NCBI GenBank assembly: GCA_964187785.1
Contig: OZ076411.1
Location: forward strand, 86,614,001-86,678,000
Reading direction: 5' to 3'
DNA: 64,000 nucleotides
DNA from: Amphiscolops sp. MND2022
Taxonomy: Eukaryota
Shown piece after piece: positions 59,231-64,000 of the stretch. Positions within the stretch are counted from its first letter, which is position 1. Each line of letters starts with the position of its first letter. Under the pieces are notes generated by a model, which was not told where the DNA came from, did not search any database, and was given only the letters and a program-made list of their open reading frames with translations. The translations under genes were made by a program, and so were the position numbers.

Positions 59231-59299
59231 TGACCATCAGGTGCGGGTCAGTATGACCATCATCATGTTTTCCTCTGACTGCTGCTCTGTCTTGATGGT

Positions 59300-62200
59300 C
59301 GTGTATGCCTGTGGCACCTCGCTACTCAGGAGATCACGAGCGGCATACTCGTAACTCATTGGTAATACGTCTTAGAGGTAGTAGCCGATGGAGAGCGTTA
59401 GCACCAGCACCACCACAGAGATGGGTTTCTTCGGGTAATGCAAGATCCCGATTGGTCCGAAGATAGGGACTGCACTAGCTATTGAGGCATCGGGAACCCA
59501 GCGTTTCCAACAGGCAACTGGGTTTACGAGTTGTGAAATGCGAATCAGGCCGGACGCGAACACCAAAGAAGAATACAGTCATTGCTGTAGGGAGGCAAAC
59601 AATCTCAACAAGGGTTCAGGTTATTCTTGCTTGTTCTGGAGGAACAACACCTCGCCCACACTGATCAGGCTATTCGTTTTGCCCTGAGCCAGCACTAGGT
59701 AAGTGTAGAACTCGATTGGGTTGCAGGCAGCAACCATGCCAACTAAAATGTCTAGAGGACCAGTCACGATTTTTGTAGCACCCTGTTAATGGTCATTGCT
59801 TCCAATGTATCGTGCAGTTTTTTAAACTTGAGTTTTGTTTAGTTTGAAATCGTCGGTCACTACATTTAGATTCCAGCAGAGTCCGAAAATTGTTACCAAG
59901 GTAGCAAGAGATACTGACAGCGCGCGAGTTGTCTCAGGTAGTGTTGTTGTCGCGAATTGAGCATGATACCACTCGGCATATGTAAGTTGGCAAGCTTGCA
60001 CGGCCTGTCCAAGGACAACGGCTTCTTGGGCCATCATATATTGTAGACACAGTGGCATTTTTATGATTTCAGTTCCGTTGGCAAAACGAACCTGGGGAAT
60101 GGATCATTCCACTTCACGATTCACTGGCAATCTACCATTTTGATCCCATACGGCAGCCAGTTCAGCCTTCAAGGTGGTCGGGTGACCTTCGCGAAGCACC
60201 CAGTTGTGTCGACGCTTGTTTTCTCGTTCTGTCAGCGTGTCGTCACCTGGATCTTTCTGATCAAACGTGAGGTATCCCCCGCGCATGCTGTGATCATAGT
60301 ATACCTGTTGGACCTTCCCACACTGCTCCGTGACTGTAGAATGCGCGAAATGGCCTCCAGATATGCATGTGCAGAGTGCGTGACAGGGCGCAAGTTTTAC
60401 TGTCCAACGCACAAGTTGGATGCACAGATGAAAAATTCTACTCATGGGGCCACTCACACTTCAGTCCGCATATACACAAATTGTTGCAGAGCACGACCGC
60501 AATACAATTTTCCTGGAGGAGATACAAACATCGACGGAGTATTTAGTTGCATGAGCAACATCTCGGCGGCTCTTTCCACGGCAGTTGCCGCTTGTTGAAG
60601 CAACCGCGCAACCTCATTACTGGCTGCCTCGACGGCGCCCATGTCTCTCAGAAATCGTGGCAAATTTTGAAGGACACCGCCACAAGCCCACAGATTAATA
60701 AGATTGGCGAATATCACTTTTTCAAGAGGTGGTTTTTAAAGAGCCCTCGAGCTCCTGAGCAAATATTGACACAACCACCTCTGACACTTCCGGCAGATGT
60801 GATAGCGGCATTGTGACAACCATCACGTCAGGTACCACATTATCATAAGGTAGGTCGCAAGGAATAGTCGAGTCTACCATCACAAAATACCCGGTCCGCT
60901 GGGCCAGATTCGTGCGGATTAGTTTTAACGATTGGAGGCTGCAGGCATACACACCATGAGTTTCCCGGATTTTACCCGCGCGCAGAACATATGTTCCTGG
61001 GGACTGTTCGGTTAGGTGATGTTGTAGCGCACGCAGGTAATTGTCAAGTCCTTGGTACAGTTTTGTACGGACGCGCTGTTCCCTCATCTGTCCGCCAATG
61101 CGCCCTCAGCGTGCATGGCATATGGGCAATAATACATAGATTTGGCCTCAGCGCTTAGTCTGCGTTGGATGGCGGAACGCACTGTCGATCTGGTGTTCGG
61201 TCATGTCAGGCGCATTTTCCCAGATACGGTTGGGGTCACGCGTAATCAGCGAGGATACTATATGCCGGACTAATGGCTGGCTTAGATGTGGAAGCTGCCA
61301 CAGTTAAAGATTCTGCGGAGGGGGACAACTAGTTGGGATGTCGCCATGTTTTGGCGTGCCGGCTATTTCATGCGGTGACGCTGGTTTGAGATCAGCTCAT
61401 CCGATACAGGTGAAAGCGCTCTGAGGTCCGACGTGCTGGGCCCTGCCCCTTGACTTGTGACTAGCATGCAGCTCTTGGGCTGCACAGGAGTATCTAACAA
61501 CGTTTGTAATCCTGATAGAGTGCGAAAGATAGTTTGTACGATGCTCCTCGATACAGGGTTGTTGGCCGCGATATCCTCTTGTACACTGGGCGTTCGATTA
61601 GACATGTTGGGAGGTGCGACAGGTTGAACTGACTGCACGCTAGCGCTTGATGCTTGACTGGAGCCCGCAGACTCCAGAGCAAGTTGCAGGACAGTGGTTT
61701 GATGAGGCGGTCCGAAGCGTTAGGGCTGGGACTTGATGTTGGTGTGCTTGCCGCTACTTGTCTCAGTGCGGACACTAACTGCGGAGGCTGATGATGATCA
61801 AATGTATTGGCATTTGGGCCGGTTGTGGAGTTTGTGGGTCCAGTCTCGAGCAGCCTCATAAGGACGGACAGTGCCAGCAGGGACTGAGGGGGGCGCTGAT
61901 TGACCTGGTGTTTGATAATAGGTCATGTTCGTAGCATAGGTCTGAAATAAGGTACCCGTTAGACCCAAGGTTCAGTGGTGCAGTCAGCTAAGGTGCAGTA
62001 GGTAGTTTAAAATTTGACCGAAGAGCGCCTTAAGGGGGCTCAACTACATACATGTGGCTATCACTACGGTTATGTAAAGACTAGCTAAGAGTAAAAGTTA
62101 GCATTGAGAGAAGCGCCTCCATCAGGAAGATTAAAGCATTAGGTTAAACTAAGCTACTGTTAACTAAAAAGTTAGAGCGTTAAAGTTTAGTGAAAGAATG

Positions 62201-63700
62201 ATTAAGAGAAAGGGGTTAAACCCGAATGGGATCACTATTCTCACACCTCGATACCGAGATTCGACACAAATACACGGTTGTACAGAACCACATTAATGTT
62301 GAGCCCAGCAACAAGGTCCATCATTACATAATACAGATTGACCAGAGGTTATACTGGTCGCTCGGGGTCCAGTATGGGGAAGTGGATACTTGGCGCTCCT
62401 TTGTCACCAAGAAAAGCATCTGATATCAGCGACGCACGCTGATTAGCTCGCACTATCAACAAATGAAACGGTTGAGGGGAAGGTTAGTCAACGCAGGTGT
62501 CAACGTCAAGATTTCCCTTACTTTGGGTCGCGAGGAGAAGACTTGCCTCTTCCACACTTGCGCAACACTTGGCGCAGTGAACCAGAGCCAGTTTCCAAAT
62601 CAGCTGGGCGGGCCAATGCAATGTCCCCTTCTGCCTGCAAGAAGTCGGTCATGTCGTAGGAAGATGTATCCCACCAAGTTGGGACGCAAGATGCCGGGAT
62701 ATTTCCCAGGCAGCGGTTCCTCAAAGGTGTGTGTCCCCACATCCAACAAGTGGATTCGCGGATAGCTGGCAAAACAAGTGATAATCAGTTCCAGCCACTA
62801 GCTGAACTTCACATTGTTCCCAATACCAATCATTAATAAGTAAGCACAGAATCAGAATCAGCTCTTCCGTAGTGGAAGTCCTCAGACTTTCCAGACATGG
62901 GAGCAAGTGTTGTGGGCTGACCAGTGCCCCATCCGGTGGAGCGGTGACCACCAACTACCAGTATGGTGCTGTGCTAAAAATGCCGCCAGGCTCAACCTGC
63001 ACGCCATCGCGGTCGAGCTGGAGCTCAGATGTTATACAACATGTCATCTGTACTGGCTCTCACTGGAATTTGAACGGGTCAATTACATTGCTAGGAGGAA
63101 CAGGAGGGACCACTGTGGCAAACGTGAACTCCATCACCTTTGCCATTACTGGTCCACTCTTTGACATAGCGCAACCCCCAGGTACTTTTTTTTGGAAAAT
63201 CACATCAATGGGATAATCCTCCGTTCGTTGAACTCCTGAATATGTCTCCTCGGCTCGCACTGTGATACGATGAACCCATCCATCAGCTTCTTGTCACAAT
63301 GAAACATATTCACAGTCAAGATACAGACACAGTTGCGCAGCCCACACGTTGCACACATGTACCGAGGCTGGCGCTTCTTTCGCCATTGGTATCGATCTTT
63401 GCAGCCGAAGCTACCTTTTTTCCTGCCAACGATAGTCATTGGTTCGTTGAGATAACCCATCAGCAGTGCGATGCTGCGCCCTGGGACGATGTTCGACACG
63501 AAAGGGTACTTTTCAATTGCAATTATTCATCGACCGATGAAAATTTGATCAATGCAATGCGAGCCTCGATCAAGAGAGAGCCTGATTGTCCACTCTCAGA
63601 GTGAACCCTCGCAGACACAAGTAACTGTGATTTTTGACAATAAAATAGTAGGCGGCGAACATCTCAAGCTCTGAGTAGCGGTCGGTGTCTCGCTACCGTG
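59300..63700 (-). pseudogene. GC-richer decayed coding-like region of an unidentified element
   Basis: Series of 70-120-codon minus-strand frames that join across single stops; base composition differs from the AT-rich flanks; no domain recognised. Confidence 0.3.
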
Positions 63701-64000
63701 GACATTTGGTCTAAAGCGTCGCTCCCCTCGAAGACATTGCCACAGTTGCAAGTTACCAGAGAATGCAAGGGCACTGGCGTCAGAGTCTAGTACGAACTCG
63801 CCTTCAGAGTTTTCTGAGCTAGAGCAATCGCCTCAATCGATGCCTATTTTAATCTCATTGAAGGCATGTTGTTGTTTGGACCTTTTGCGAAAGTGGGATT
63901 CAATCCAGTGGTAGCATGCAGAGGTGCTACCACCTTGGCATGCCACAGAATGCACTCGCGGTAGTAGTTAGCAAAGCCGACAAAACTTTGCATCTCGGCT

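Noticed and set aside
59820-60720. Pif1/Helitron helicase-like fragments (VRFANG...)
   Set aside because: No Walker A/B or clear motif V/VI could be found; the similarity is too weak.

Overview
Eukaryotic (metazoan-like, AT-rich, spliceosomal GT-AG introns) genomic DNA dominated by transposable elements. The host cannot be identified from the sequence alone. The centrepiece is an apparently intact, very young 17.8-kb Ty3/gypsy LTR retroelement on the minus strand (27971-45760; 1491-bp LTRs that look identical by eye, 4-bp GCAG target-site duplication, PBS and PPT). It is organised like a complex retrovirus: gag; pol reached by a -1 frameshift at U_UUA_AAC and carrying a TARG1/OARD1-like macrodomain; four small, possibly paralogous accessory ORFs; one antisense ORF; three tandem copies of a double-pseudoknot RNA module with a compensatory base change; a chuvirus-type (class III fusion) env; an AUG-less ORF; and a captured TRAF coiled-coil+MATH gene fused to a PAM2 (PABP-binding) motif. 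Also present are a decayed BEL/Pao element (17077-24271), older gypsy remnants, MITE-like elements, an RTE LINE fragment, tandem repeats, a spliced AIG1/GIMAP-like GTPase gene with a coiled-coil tail, an exon encoding an acidic/Myb-SANT-like protein and a 140-bp assembly gap. All domain assignments come from motif recognition by eye, not from database searches.
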